From: Acidobacteriota bacterium
Lineage (GTDB): Bacteria; Acidobacteriota; UBA6911; RPQK01; JAJDTT01
Direction of reading: 5' to 3'
DNA: 64,000 nucleotides
Assembly (NCBI GenBank): GCA_965263035.1
Contig: OZ253580.1
Coordinates: forward strand, 2,784,001-2,848,000
Made by a program: the position numbers and the translations under genes
Part shown: positions 39,039 through 50,270 of the stretch, in pieces
How the letters are laid out: every line of letters begins with the position of its first letter
How positions within the stretch are numbered: position 1 is the stretch's first letter
Notes under the pieces: generated by a model
Databases searched by the model: none
What the model was told of the DNA's origin: nothing
What the model saw: only the letters and a program-made list of their open reading frames with translations

Positions 39039-40061
39039 TCAGGAGCTGATCCTCCTCAAGAGCTCAATGTCCTCGAGCATCTTTCCGGTTCCGATAGCGA
39101 CAGAGGAGAGTGGATTCTCGGCCACATAGACGGGAAGACCCGTCTCCTGGCTGAATCGGTAATCCATCTTCTGGAGCAGCGCCCCTCCTCCGGTCAAGAT
39201 GATTCCCGAGTCCGATATGTCGGCGGACAACTCGGGCGGCGTCCTCTCCAGGGCGACTCGGACCGCATTCACGATGGCCACGATGGAGTCGGCCAGCGCC
39301 TCCCGAATCTCTTCATCGGTGACGATCACGGTCTTGGGTATTCCCTCGATGAGGTTCCTTCCCTTCACTTCCGCGGTGATGGTATCCGGCAATTCGGCCG
39401 CCGATCCGAGCTCGATCTTCACTCGCTCAGCCGTCCGCTCGCCGATGAGCAGGTTGTGCTTTCGTTTGATGTACTGAATGATGGCTTCGTCCATTTCGTT
39501 TCCCGCCACCCTGACGGAGCGGCTGTGGACGATCCCCGCAAGACTGATGACGGCGATGTCGGTGGTCCCGCCGCCGATGTCGACGATCATGTTTCCGTTC
39601 GGCTCGGTGATGGGAAGACCAGCCCCGATGGCCGCCGCCATCGCTTCCTCCACCAGATAGACCTCGCTGGCCTTCGCGCGTAGCGCAGATTCGCGAACTG
39701 CCCGCTTTTCCACCTGTGTGATCTCGGAAGGGATGCAAATGATGATCCGGGGATTCAGCAAAAAACTCCTGTTCTGAGCCTTCCTGATGAAATAACGGAG
39801 CATTTCCTCGGTCACGTCGAAGTCGGCGATGACCCCATCCTTCATGGGCTTGATGGCGACGATGTTGCCCGGCGTCCTCCCCAGCATCTCCTTGGCGTCC
39901 GTCCCAACGGCTTCCACCTTGTTGGTGAACTTGTTGATGGCAACGATGGAAGGTTCGTCGACGACGACTCCCTTCCCCCGTGCGAACACGAGAGTATTCG
40001 CCGTGCCCAGATCAATGGCCAGATCGTGGGAAAAAGATTTGAACAGGGAACGAAAAATCAT
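39039..40061 (-). CDS. mreB: cell shape actin homologue MreB
   Basis: IDLGTANT, DIGGGTT and LTGGGALL motifs. Confidence 0.97.
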   Translation of the reverse strand: MIFRSLFKSFSHDLAIDLGTANTLVFARGKGVVVDEPSIVAINKFTNKVEAVGTDAKEMLGRTPGNIVAIKPMKDGVIADFDVTEEMLRYFIRKAQNRSFLLNPRIIICIPSEITQVEKRAVRESALRAKASEVYLVEEAMAAAIGAGLPITEPNGNMIVDIGGGTTDIAVISLAGIVHSRSVRVAGNEMDEAIIQYIKRKHNLLIGERTAERVKIELGSAAELPDTITAEVKGRNLIEGIPKTVIVTDEEIREALADSIVAIVNAVRVALERTPPELSADISDSGIILTGGGALLQKMDYRFSQETGLPVYVAENPLSSVAIGTGKMLEDIELLRRISS

Positions 40062-40204
40062 TGGTCCCTTATGCCCCTCGGGTTTTCAGCGGGACCACAC
40101 GCTCCGCCAAGGCAGCCCCGTTTTACTGGCGCCCATTATCCGACGCCGTCAATATCAGTCGCAAGAGACCTCTCTGCAGAGACCGCGTAGCGGTATCTGG
40201 CCCA

Positions 40205-40213
40205 TGGTATAAT
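40205..40213 (+). promoter_or_regulatory. extended -10 (TGGTATAAT) for the PpiD-like gene
   Basis: Perfect TGnTATAAT 44 nt upstream of an ATG that has a GGAGG SD. Confidence 0.65.
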
Positions 40214-40257
40214 CGGCGACTGACGCAAACCTGATTCAGGGGCTGACGGAGGACAGG

Positions 40258-42162
40258 ATGCTACCCTTTTTCCGCAAGAAGCGACGAGGGCTCAAATGGA
40301 TCTTGTGGCTGGTCATCGTAGGTTTGGGCATCGGGATGCTGGGTCTGTTCGTCGATACCCCGGGTCCGAGTTCCGGCGTTTCCTCCGCCCACGCGGCCGA
40401 GGTGGCCGATTTCGTCATTACTTCCAGTGAATTCCGGAGACACTACATCCAACTGGTCGACGCCTACCGCCGCGTCTACAAGTTGGACCGGCAGGATCCT
40501 GCCATCGTCAAGCAGTTGCGCCTGGGCCAACAGGCGCTCGATCAGCTGGTAGCGGAATACGCAACGTTCCACGAAGCCCGACAGATGGGCATCGCCGTGA
40601 CCTCGGATGAAATCGTTCGATTCATTGCCAAGACCCCCGTATTCCAGGAAAACGGCAACTTCATCGGGGTGGATCGCTATCGCGCCATCTTACGCGCCAA
40701 CAACTGGGCGCCCCAGGAATTCGAGGACAGCATCCGGCGACAGCTTGCCCAGGAGAAGCTGCGTAGAATCCTGACTGATGGGATCTTCCCCACGCCCGGA
40801 GAAATCCGGCGAGAGTTTCTGAGCCGGAATCAGGAGGTGAAGCTCCGGTACGTGACCTTCGATCCGGAGGAGTTGGCGCCGGCGGACGTGGAAGCAGAAA
40901 AACTCAAGGAGTATTTCGACGACCGCCAGGAGAATTACCGGGTCGGCGAGCAACGCAGGATACGCTACGTTTCCGGTTCCGTCGACCCTGAGAACGTCAG
41001 CGTCTCAGAAGAGCAGATCCGCGATCGAATGGAGCGCGTCACTGACACGGACCAAGTGAGAGTCAGCCATATTCTGGTTTCGGTGAGAAGCGCTGACGAA
41101 GAACCCGCGGCGAGGGCCAAGGCCCAGGGCCTCTTGCAGCAGCTTCGATCCGGTGCGGATTTCGCACAGTTGGCTCGAGAGCACTCCGAGGACCCCGTTT
41201 CGGCGGCGTCCGGTGGGGACCTTGGTTTTTTCGGACGAGACAAAATGATGCCGGAGTTCGAGAAGGCCGCTTTTGCGTTGAAGCCCGGAGAGCTGAGCGA
41301 TCTGGTAGTGACGCCTTTCGGCTACCACATCATCCGCGGCACCTTCAATCCCGAGCATCACGATGGAGATGCTCGGCGTCCAATCGCCGAATATGAAGCC
41401 CGGCGGCAGGAAGCGGAGAACCAGGCCAAGGAGCTGGCGACGGAAATATCCGGAGAGCTGGCGGAGGACCCGGACCTGGCGAAGGCGGCCAGCGCTCGAG
41501 GTCTCCCGGTCCAGGAATCGGACTACTTCGAGCTCGGCGGATTCATTCCCGGACTGTCCGTCAAGAACGACTTCAACCAGGATGTCTTCGGTCTCCAAGA
41601 GAACCAGTCACTGGAGCCGTACAAAACGGCCGATTCCTACCTGGTGGCTCAGCTCCTGGAGATCCGACCTGCCCACATGCCGCCTTTCGAAGAGTTACGC
41701 GAGAAGGTTCTCTCCGATTACCGCTCCACGCAGGGTGACGAATCCGCTCGGGAGACCGCTTTCGCCATGCATAAGACCATCCAGGGCGACGGCGAGTTCC
41801 AGAAGCTGGCGCAGGAACGAGAACTGCAGGTCATGACGACACCCTTCTTCAAGCGGGGCGCTACCATCGACGAGAACCTCCGATTCTCGCCGCAGGTTCA
41901 CGACCATGCCTTTCGACTGAAGACGGGAGAGGTCGCGCCACCCGTCCTGGTCTCCGGAAAGTACTTCGTGTTCCAAGTGGCCGAGAAGACGGAACTGGAC
42001 CAGGAGAAGTTCGAACGCGAGAAGAGTCAACTGGAAAAGGATTTGACGGAGAAAAAGCGTACGGACTACTTCAATGCCTATGTGGAAGGCACGCTGGAAC
42101 GCCTGCGCAGCGACGACGCCATCACCATCAACCAGGAGTTGGTGGATGCCATGACCGGGTAG
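40258..42162 (+). CDS. SurA-N/parvulin peptidyl-prolyl isomerase (PpiD-like)
   Basis: N-terminal TM anchor; SHIL, FAQLAREHSED, GGDLG and FGYHII parvulin motifs. Confidence 0.88.
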   Translation: MLPFFRKKRRGLKWILWLVIVGLGIGMLGLFVDTPGPSSGVSSAHAAEVADFVITSSEFRRHYIQLVDAYRRVYKLDRQDPAIVKQLRLGQQALDQLVAEYATFHEARQMGIAVTSDEIVRFIAKTPVFQENGNFIGVDRYRAILRANNWAPQEFEDSIRRQLAQEKLRRILTDGIFPTPGEIRREFLSRNQEVKLRYVTFDPEELAPADVEAEKLKEYFDDRQENYRVGEQRRIRYVSGSVDPENVSVSEEQIRDRMERVTDTDQVRVSHILVSVRSADEEPAARAKAQGLLQQLRSGADFAQLAREHSEDPVSAASGGDLGFFGRDKMMPEFEKAAFALKPGELSDLVVTPFGYHIIRGTFNPEHHDGDARRPIAEYEARRQEAENQAKELATEISGELAEDPDLAKAASARGLPVQESDYFELGGFIPGLSVKNDFNQDVFGLQENQSLEPYKTADSYLVAQLLEIRPAHMPPFEELREKVLSDYRSTQGDESARETAFAMHKTIQGDGEFQKLAQERELQVMTTPFFKRGATIDENLRFSPQVHDHAFRLKTGEVAPPVLVSGKYFVFQVAEKTELDQEKFEREKSQLEKDLTEKKRTDYFNAYVEGTLERLRSDDAITINQELVDAMTG

Positions 42163-42230
42163 CCATCATGCGCGGGTCGTAGCGATCCCCGCCACTAGCT
42201 CCCACGTCTCACCGGCAATGCCTCAGCGGA

Positions 42231-44057
42231 CTACTGCACCGTGACCGACTTGGCCAGATTCCGGGGGCGGTCGATATCGCAGCCTCGCTCCCTGGCCACA
42301 TAGTAGGCCAGGAGTTGGAGCGCGATCACGCTCAGGAAAGGCGTGAACATCTCTCCACAGTGCGGAATCTCGATCACGTCGTCGGCCAGCTCGGCCAAGT
42401 GCGTGTCTCCTTCCGTCCCCACCGCGATGACCGGCCCGTTTCGACTCTTGATTTCCTGGATGCTGCCGATCATCTTTCGATAGACACTGTCGCGGGGCGC
42501 CAGGCAGACGGTGGGGAAATTCTCGTCCACCAGGGCAAGAGGTCCGTGCTTCATTTCTCCCGCGGCGTACCCTTCAGCGTGCAGGTAGGAGACCTCCTTC
42601 ATCTTCAGGGCGCCCTCCATCGCCACCGGGTAGCTGAACCTTCTCCCCAGATAAAGAAGGTTCCGGTAGTGGGCGCACCGGCGGGCGATTTCTTCGATGG
42701 CCGGCGCCCGCGCTAGCATGGACTGCATCCTCTCGGGCAGAGCCCGAAGCTCATGGACGAATTCCTGGCCTTCGCTCAATGACATCTGCTGGTGACGGCC
42801 CAGCAGGAGGCCCACGAGATAGAGGATGGCGATCTGGGAGACGAAAACCTTGGTGGAGGCGACACTGATTTCCGGACCGGCATGATTGTAGATTCCGGCG
42901 TCGGTCAGTCGCGCGACAGTGCTGCCGACCACGTTGACGAGGCCCAGGCTGAGAGCTCCCCGCCGTTTCACCTCGCTCACCACGGCCAGGATGTCAGCCG
43001 TCTCCCCCGATTGGCTGATGGCCAGAACCGCTGTGCGCGCTTGCAGGTTCAGCTTGCGGTACTGGAACTCGGAAGCGAGATCGACGTCGACAGGATAGTT
43101 GGTGCAGCTCTCGATGACGTATCGCCCCAGCAAGCCGGCATAGTAGGAGGTCCCACAGGCCAGTATGATGAGCCGCCGCATGTTCCGCAGGCGCCCCCAG
43201 ACTCCCTCCAACCCTCCCAGCTTGGCCAGCCCTTCCGCCTCGATCAGCCTTCCCCGGATAGCCTCTCCGACCACCTCGGGCTGCTCGTAGACGTCCTTGA
43301 GCATGAAGTGGGGGTAACCCTTCTTCTCGGCGGAGGTCATGTCCCAGTCCAGGGTCTGGACCGATCGATTCATGGGCCTCCCACTCAGAGTGCGGATCCG
43401 GTAGCTCCCGGGCTTCAGCAGCGCCACCTCACCATCATGCAGGTAGGCCACCTCTCGAGTGTGACTCATCAAAGCCGCCGCGTCGGACGCAGCAAAAATC
43501 TCACTGTCCCGAATTCCCAGGACCAGGGGACTGCCCAGCCGGGCAACCACGATTTGGGAAGGATCCTCGGAGGAAATCACTCCGATTCCGTAGGTGCCGT
43601 CCACGCGTTGGAGGGCCGAGTTGACCGCATCTTCCAAGTCGCCTCGATAGTATTCCTCGATCAGGTGGGCCAGCACCTCGGAATCGGTGGAAGAGCGGAA
43701 CAGATGACCCTTTTCCCGCAGTTCCTCCCGCAGCTTGCGGTAATTTTCGATGATTCCATTGTGCACCACGAAGATGCGGTCCTGACAATCGCCATGTGGA
43801 TGAGCGTTTTCCGGCGAGGGCACGCCATGCGTGGCCCAACGGGTGTGAGCAATGCCACCCCAGCCTGCCCAAGGCTTGTCCCCGAGAAGATTGGCCAGGT
43901 CCGAAATCTTTCCCACTGCCTTCCGGCAGTGAATGCCGTCATTCACGGCCACCGCAACACCGCTGGAGTCATAGCCGCGGTATTCCAGTCTTCTCAAGCC
44001 GTTGAGGAGGATAGGCAGGGCGGGGCGATCCCCCAGGTAGCAGATAATTCCGCACAT
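42231..44057 (-). CDS. glmS: glutamine--fructose-6-phosphate transaminase
   Basis: MCGI, LEYRGYDS, HTRWATHG, SQSGETAD and PRNLAKSVTV motifs. Confidence 0.97.
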   Translation of the reverse strand: MCGIICYLGDRPALPILLNGLRRLEYRGYDSSGVAVAVNDGIHCRKAVGKISDLANLLGDKPWAGWGGIAHTRWATHGVPSPENAHPHGDCQDRIFVVHNGIIENYRKLREELREKGHLFRSSTDSEVLAHLIEEYYRGDLEDAVNSALQRVDGTYGIGVISSEDPSQIVVARLGSPLVLGIRDSEIFAASDAAALMSHTREVAYLHDGEVALLKPGSYRIRTLSGRPMNRSVQTLDWDMTSAEKKGYPHFMLKDVYEQPEVVGEAIRGRLIEAEGLAKLGGLEGVWGRLRNMRRLIILACGTSYYAGLLGRYVIESCTNYPVDVDLASEFQYRKLNLQARTAVLAISQSGETADILAVVSEVKRRGALSLGLVNVVGSTVARLTDAGIYNHAGPEISVASTKVFVSQIAILYLVGLLLGRHQQMSLSEGQEFVHELRALPERMQSMLARAPAIEEIARRCAHYRNLLYLGRRFSYPVAMEGALKMKEVSYLHAEGYAAGEMKHGPLALVDENFPTVCLAPRDSVYRKMIGSIQEIKSRNGPVIAVGTEGDTHLAELADDVIEIPHCGEMFTPFLSVIALQLLAYYVARERGCDIDRPRNLAKSVTVQ

Positions 44058-44069
44058 CGTTCACCCCGG

Positions 44070-44078
44070 ATTATAACA
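44070..44078 (-). promoter_or_regulatory. extended -10 (TGTTATAAT) of glmS
   Basis: Perfect TGnTATAAT 12 nt before ATG. Confidence 0.65.
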
Positions 44079-44247
44079 GTAGCCAATCGGGGCCCTTCCG
44101 TTGCCGTAGCGTCGGCCGGAGTGCGTTCCGCCGGAATGTTGCAGCGGAGCGCCGCGTCCGGGAAAGCGCGTGAAGACACTCGGAAGCGATTGAGCGTTGG
44201 ATCTTTTTCGTAATGGCCTCGAGGTCCCGGTGCGAACCGCGGGCCAG

Positions 44248-44406
44248 GAGTCTGCGCGGTAGGAATGATCGTAGCGAGACAGCGGGGAATCGAGGCCAGA
44301 TTTTCTCGATTTGGAGGTGCATAGTTGTTCTATTCACCGAGAAATCGGGGAAATATGGACCGATTCTACCGCTTTCGCAGTAGATTGATTTCTGCCGCGC
44401 AGGCTC
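44248..44406 (+). mobile_element. MITE-like palindromic element, family 2, full length (159 bp)
   Basis: TIRs GAGTCTGCGCGGTAGGAAT / ATTTCTGCCGCGCAGGCTC; flanks CCAG/CTAG; internal stems and central GGTGCATAG-N5-CTATTCACC. Confidence 0.8.
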
Positions 44407-44778
44407 CTAGAGAAGCCCCAATTGAAGTCTTGCCGCCTCGGACATGTTCTCCATGGTCCAGGGCGGATCCCACACGACTTCAACGGCGACTTTCTCTACG
44501 CCGGGAAGCGCTCGAATTTTGGACTCGACGTCCAACGGCAGCGACTCGGCCACCGGACAGCTGGGCGAGGTCAGGGTCATCTTGATATCCACGGCTCCAG
44601 TGGCGTCGACTTCGACCCCGTAGACCAGACCCAACTCGTAGATATCCACCGGAATCTCCGGATCGTAACAACTCCTGAGAACCGATATCACGTCTTCCTG
44701 AATGGGCCCGCCCACTGGCGACGTCCCGCTTCCCGATTCGATCTGGAAACCCGGTTCCGGATTCAATTCTTCTACCAT
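44407..44778 (-). CDS. sufT: SUF Fe-S assembly protein (DUF59/SufT-like)
   Basis: YDPEIPVDIYELGLVY, MTLTSPSCP and VWDPPW motifs. Confidence 0.88.
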   Translation of the reverse strand: MVEELNPEPGFQIESGSGTSPVGGPIQEDVISVLRSCYDPEIPVDIYELGLVYGVEVDATGAVDIKMTLTSPSCPVAESLPLDVESKIRALPGVEKVAVEVVWDPPWTMENMSEAARLQLGLL

Positions 44779-44809
44779 GGATCCCCCTCCGCGGCGTGCC
44801 GCCAGAGTC

Positions 44810-45265
44810 TCATTCGGTCGAGACGACCTCGTTTCTCTTTTCGAGTGCCGCCCGTAGCGTATGCCAGGTCAAGGTGGCGCATTTCACCCGAACCGGATAG
44901 CGGCTGACGCCTTCAAACACCACCAACTTGCCCAGATCCGGTTCGGAAAGATCTTGCGAATCGAGATTTCCTGTCACCAATTTGCGAAAACGCTCGAACA
45001 GAGCCTTGATTTCCTCCAGTTTCCGACCCTTCAGCCTCTCGGTCATTATGGAGGCCGAAGCCATGGAGATGGCGCATCCCGAACCCTGAAACGAGATCTC
45101 GTCGACGACGGAGTCGTTCAGCTTGACATACACGGTGACTCGGTCGCCGCAGAGGGGATTGAATCCCTCCGACTGGTGATCCGCGTCCTCCAGAACACCG
45201 AAGTTCCGAGGTCGCCGATTGTGATCCAGGATGACCTCCTGGTAGAGGTCGCTCAGGTCCGACAT
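44810..45265 (-). CDS. sufU: SUF NifU-like scaffold/sulfur-transfer protein
   Basis: LYQEVILDH, NPLCGD, GCAIS and RVKCA motifs. Confidence 0.92.
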   Translation of the reverse strand: MSDLSDLYQEVILDHNRRPRNFGVLEDADHQSEGFNPLCGDRVTVYVKLNDSVVDEISFQGSGCAISMASASIMTERLKGRKLEEIKALFERFRKLVTGNLDSQDLSEPDLGKLVVFEGVSRYPVRVKCATLTWHTLRAALEKRNEVVSTE

Positions 45266-46530
45266 CACTCAAACACCTCGATCACCTTCTCGAGACCCCG
45301 GCACAAGGCATCGATCTCTTCTCGTGTGTTGTAGAACGCGAGCGACGCCCGCGCCGTCGCCGGCAGCCCATAGTAATCCATCAGGGGCTGGGCACAGTGA
45401 TGGCCGGTCCGAATCGCCACCCCCTCCAGATCCAGAATGGTGCCCAGGTCGTGAGGATGGACTTCGTCCAGAACGAAGGAGAGCACCGCCACCTTCGACG
45501 GTGCGGTGCCGATCAGGCGCAGGCCGGGAACTTGCGAAAGCCGGGAAGTTGCGTATTCCAGGAGCTCGTTCTCGTAGGCCGCCACCCGATCGAGGCCCAG
45601 GTTCTCAAGATAGTCCAGTGCCGCGGCCAACGCGACGACGCCGGCAATATTGGGCGTCCCCCCCTCGAACTTGTGCGGTGGTTCGGCGTACGTGGTCTTC
45701 TCGAAGGATACGGAACGGATCATCTCCCCTCCCCCCTGATAAGGAGGCATGGACTCCAGATGGTTCCATTTACCGTAAAGGATCCCGATTCCGGTGGGTC
45801 CGTAGATCTTGTGTCCGGAGAAGCAATAGAAATCGCAATCCAGTTCCTGCACGTCTACTTTGACATGTGGCGCCGCTTGGGCCCCGTCCAAAAGGACGAG
45901 TGCCCCGTGCCCATGCGCCATTTCAACCAGCTTCCGCACCGGGTTGATGGTCCCGAGAACGTTGGACACATGGGTCACCGCGACGATCCGGGTGCGATGG
46001 TTCAACAACTTCTCGTACTCGTCCAGATACAGCTCGCCCCGGCCGGACACGGGAATGACCCGTAACCGAGCGCCTTTTTCCTGGCAGAGCATCTGCCAGG
46101 GAACGATATTGGAATGGTGCTCCATTTGGGACACGACAACCTCGTCACCCGGATTCAAAACGCTCCGTCCCGCGGTCTGGGCCACCAGATTGATGGCCTC
46201 GGTCGCGCCCCGGACGAAGACGATCTCTTCGGTTCGGGCGGCGTTGAGGAACTTCCGCACTTTTTCGCGAGTCGCCTCATAGGCTTCCGTAGCTCGGACG
46301 CTCAAGAGATGGACGCCCCGCTGAATGTTGGCGTTGCCGCGGGAATAGTATCGGGTTAGCGCATCGATGACCTGCCAGGGTTTCTGGCTGGTGGCCGCAT
46401 TGTCCAGGTAGGCCAGTGGCTTGCCGTGAACCTTCCGGGAGAGGATCGGGAAATCCCGGCGGATGTGTCCAGGATTCAGCCCTCCTGACACTCTCCGGTG
46501 ATCGTTTCGGGCCGTTGTGCTGAAACTCAC
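45265..46530 (-). CDS. sufS: cysteine desulfurase
   Basis: YLDNAATSQKP, EHHSN, SGHK and RTGHHCA motifs. Confidence 0.95.
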   Translation of the reverse strand: MSFSTTARNDHRRVSGGLNPGHIRRDFPILSRKVHGKPLAYLDNAATSQKPWQVIDALTRYYSRGNANIQRGVHLLSVRATEAYEATREKVRKFLNAARTEEIVFVRGATEAINLVAQTAGRSVLNPGDEVVVSQMEHHSNIVPWQMLCQEKGARLRVIPVSGRGELYLDEYEKLLNHRTRIVAVTHVSNVLGTINPVRKLVEMAHGHGALVLLDGAQAAPHVKVDVQELDCDFYCFSGHKIYGPTGIGILYGKWNHLESMPPYQGGGEMIRSVSFEKTTYAEPPHKFEGGTPNIAGVVALAAALDYLENLGLDRVAAYENELLEYATSRLSQVPGLRLIGTAPSKVAVLSFVLDEVHPHDLGTILDLEGVAIRTGHHCAQPLMDYYGLPATARASLAFYNTREEIDALCRGLEKVIEVFE

Positions 46531-47870
46531 GCCATTGCCTTTCTCAGAAAACGCCCCTGAGGCAGCCGTTCAAAAAGCAGCGAGCTGAGTCGATCTCGCA
46601 GGTTGGCCAGCCGTACCTGGCGGATCAAATCTTCGGCAAAGCCGTAGATCAGGATGCTTCGCGCCATGTCTTCATCGATTCCTCGCGACCGCATGTAGAA
46701 GATGGCTTCCTGGTCGAGCTGGCCGATGGTGGCGCCGTGAGTGCATTTGACTTCGTCAGCGTAGATCTCCAGTTGTGGCTTCGTATTCACCAGGGCTCGA
46801 TCGGACAAGAGCAGGTTGTTGTTGGTCTGCACCGAGTCAGTCTTCTGGGCTCCGGGATGGACCACGATACGGCCGCGGAACACCCCTCGGGAACGCCCGC
46901 CGAGGATTCCCTTGTACAGCTCCCGGCTACCGCAATGAGGAGCCGCGTGTTCGATCCGGGTGTGGTTGTCGACCAACTGGTCACCGGAAGCGATGAAAAT
47001 ACCGTCCAGCGCCGCGTCCGCGCCTTCACCCCCCAGAACCACGTTCAATTCGTTGCGCGTCAGCATCCCCCCCAGGTCCGCCGACATGGTCCGCAACACA
47101 CTGTTGGATTCCTGCCGGATCTCCAGGGTCGAGACATGATGGGCGGCGGAACTCTCCTCCTGCAGCCGATAGTGATCCAGGTTGGCGTTCTCCCCCACCG
47201 CCACCTCGGTCACCGGATTGCTGAAATAGGATGTCTCTCCGACTCCCAGGTAGTGCTCGACCACGGAGCATTCGCTGCCGGCGCCGACCAGGATCAGATT
47301 CCGGGGATGGGTCGCGAATGCCGGCCCACCGTTGCCCGTGGAGAGAAAAACGAGATGGATGGGATCCGGGATCCGGACCCCTGCAGAGACTCGGACCACC
47401 GCCCCATCCTCAATGAATGCGGTGTTGAGATTAGCGAACGGATTGCGCTCAGCTTCGACATACCGGGCCAGGTGAGCCTCGACCTCTTCGGGACTTTCCC
47501 GAAGAATGGCCGCCAATGAGCCGACCCGGACCCCACTCTCCAGCTGGTCCAAGTGGGACAAATCGGCGCAGTACCGTCCATTCAGGAAGACGCAATGGAT
47601 ACCGCCGGGGCCGCCGGCAGCCCTGGACTCCGCCCGGCAATGTCCGTCCGGAGAAGGCGCGGGAGCGGTCTCATACGCGGTGGCTGCCAGGGAGGCGACA
47701 TTTGTGTAACGCCAATCCTCATCGGCGATGGTGGGGAACCCCGTCTCGACGAAGCGGAACATGGCTTCCCGGCGAAGTTGGGACAACCAGACGGGACTGT
47801 CCGCCGCCGTCTCGTCCAAACGGTTGAATCGTTCCAGATAGGAGTCCAGGGATCTTCGTGCGACCTTCAT
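46527..47870 (-). CDS. sufD: Fe-S cluster assembly protein SufD
   Basis: EDWRYT, PQLEIYADEVKCTHGAT and FYMRSRG motifs. Confidence 0.93.
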   Translation of the reverse strand: MKVARRSLDSYLERFNRLDETAADSPVWLSQLRREAMFRFVETGFPTIADEDWRYTNVASLAATAYETAPAPSPDGHCRAESRAAGGPGGIHCVFLNGRYCADLSHLDQLESGVRVGSLAAILRESPEEVEAHLARYVEAERNPFANLNTAFIEDGAVVRVSAGVRIPDPIHLVFLSTGNGGPAFATHPRNLILVGAGSECSVVEHYLGVGETSYFSNPVTEVAVGENANLDHYRLQEESSAAHHVSTLEIRQESNSVLRTMSADLGGMLTRNELNVVLGGEGADAALDGIFIASGDQLVDNHTRIEHAAPHCGSRELYKGILGGRSRGVFRGRIVVHPGAQKTDSVQTNNNLLLSDRALVNTKPQLEIYADEVKCTHGATIGQLDQEAIFYMRSRGIDEDMARSILIYGFAEDLIRQVRLANLRDRLSSLLFERLPQGRFLRKAMA

Positions 47871-47894
47871 CTCGATTCGTACCTCGATCCCCGG

Positions 47895-48662
47895 CTACGC
47901 TCCCGCCACCGCCTGCGGCCGGTCCAGCTCCAGACCGGTATACCCGCTCTCTTCCAGTTCCAGCGCCAGCTCCTTGCCCCCCGTTCGGACGATGCGGCCA
48001 CGGGCCAGGACATGGACGAAGTCGGGGACGATGTAATTGAGCAGACGCTGGTAGTGGGTCACGATGATGATGGCCCGTTCGGGCGACCTCATGGCGTTGA
48101 CCCCGTGGGCGACGACCTTCAGCGCGTCGATATCCAGTCCCGAATCGGTCTCATCCATGATGCACAGATCCGGCTCCAGAACAGCCATCTGGAAGACCTC
48201 GTTGCGTTTCTTCTCGCCGCCTGAGAAGCCTTCGTTCACCGGCCGGGTGAGGAGGCTCTCGTCGATTTTCAGAAGCCGGGTCTTCTTACGGACCGACTTG
48301 AGGAAATCCAGGGCGTCGATCTCTTCCAGGGAGCGGCTGACCCGGATCGAGTTGAGGGCGGCTCTCAAGAAGTAAGTGTTGCTCACCCCGGGAATCTCCA
48401 CCGGATACTGAAAGGCCAGGAATATCCCGGCCTGCGCCCGCTCTTCCGGGGAACACTCCAGCAGATCTTCGTCCTTGTAGGTAATCGTTCCCCGGGTGAC
48501 CTCGTAGTCTTCCCGGCCGGCCAACACCTGAGCCAAGGTGCTCTTGCCAGACCCGTTGGGGCCCATGATGGAGTGGATCTCTCCCTTTCGGACCGTCAGA
48601 TCCACACCCTTTAGGATCTTCGTATCCCCCGATCTCACATGCAGATCGCTGATTTCGAGCAT
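47895..48662 (-). CDS. sufC: Fe-S cluster assembly ATPase
   Basis: GPNGSGKST, FSGGEKKR and DETDSGLD motifs. Confidence 0.96.
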   Translation of the reverse strand: MLEISDLHVRSGDTKILKGVDLTVRKGEIHSIMGPNGSGKSTLAQVLAGREDYEVTRGTITYKDEDLLECSPEERAQAGIFLAFQYPVEIPGVSNTYFLRAALNSIRVSRSLEEIDALDFLKSVRKKTRLLKIDESLLTRPVNEGFSGGEKKRNEVFQMAVLEPDLCIMDETDSGLDIDALKVVAHGVNAMRSPERAIIIVTHYQRLLNYIVPDFVHVLARGRIVRTGGKELALELEESGYTGLELDRPQAVAGA

Positions 48663-48724
48663 TGGATTCCCTTCCTGAATTCAGGAGCCTCGCGGCTTGA
48701 TGGATTGGCAGCCTGACGGCTTAG

Positions 48725-48762
48725 GAGCCTGCACGGCAGAAATTGATCTACCGCGCAGACTC
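48725..48762 (-). mobile_element. mini palindromic element, family 2 (38 bp)
   Basis: 35/38 identical to 5637-5674; flanks TTAG/CTAG, the latter containing the sufB stop. Confidence 0.75.
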
Positions 48763-50220
<1,458 letters not shown>

Positions 50221-50270
50221 GGGATTCCTTTCTCACCGACGATGGCCGTTCCGGCAATCCTTCAGTGCTT

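Noticed and set aside
42792-44213. Long antisense ORFs (also 29792-31177, 32410-33759, 33989-35266, 13452-14726)
   Set aside because: Shadow ORFs expected from high-GC codon bias opposite well-supported genes; no recognisable motifs
44058-44247. glmS ribozyme
   Set aside because: An extended -10 lies only 12 nt from the ATG, and I could not recognise the ribozyme core
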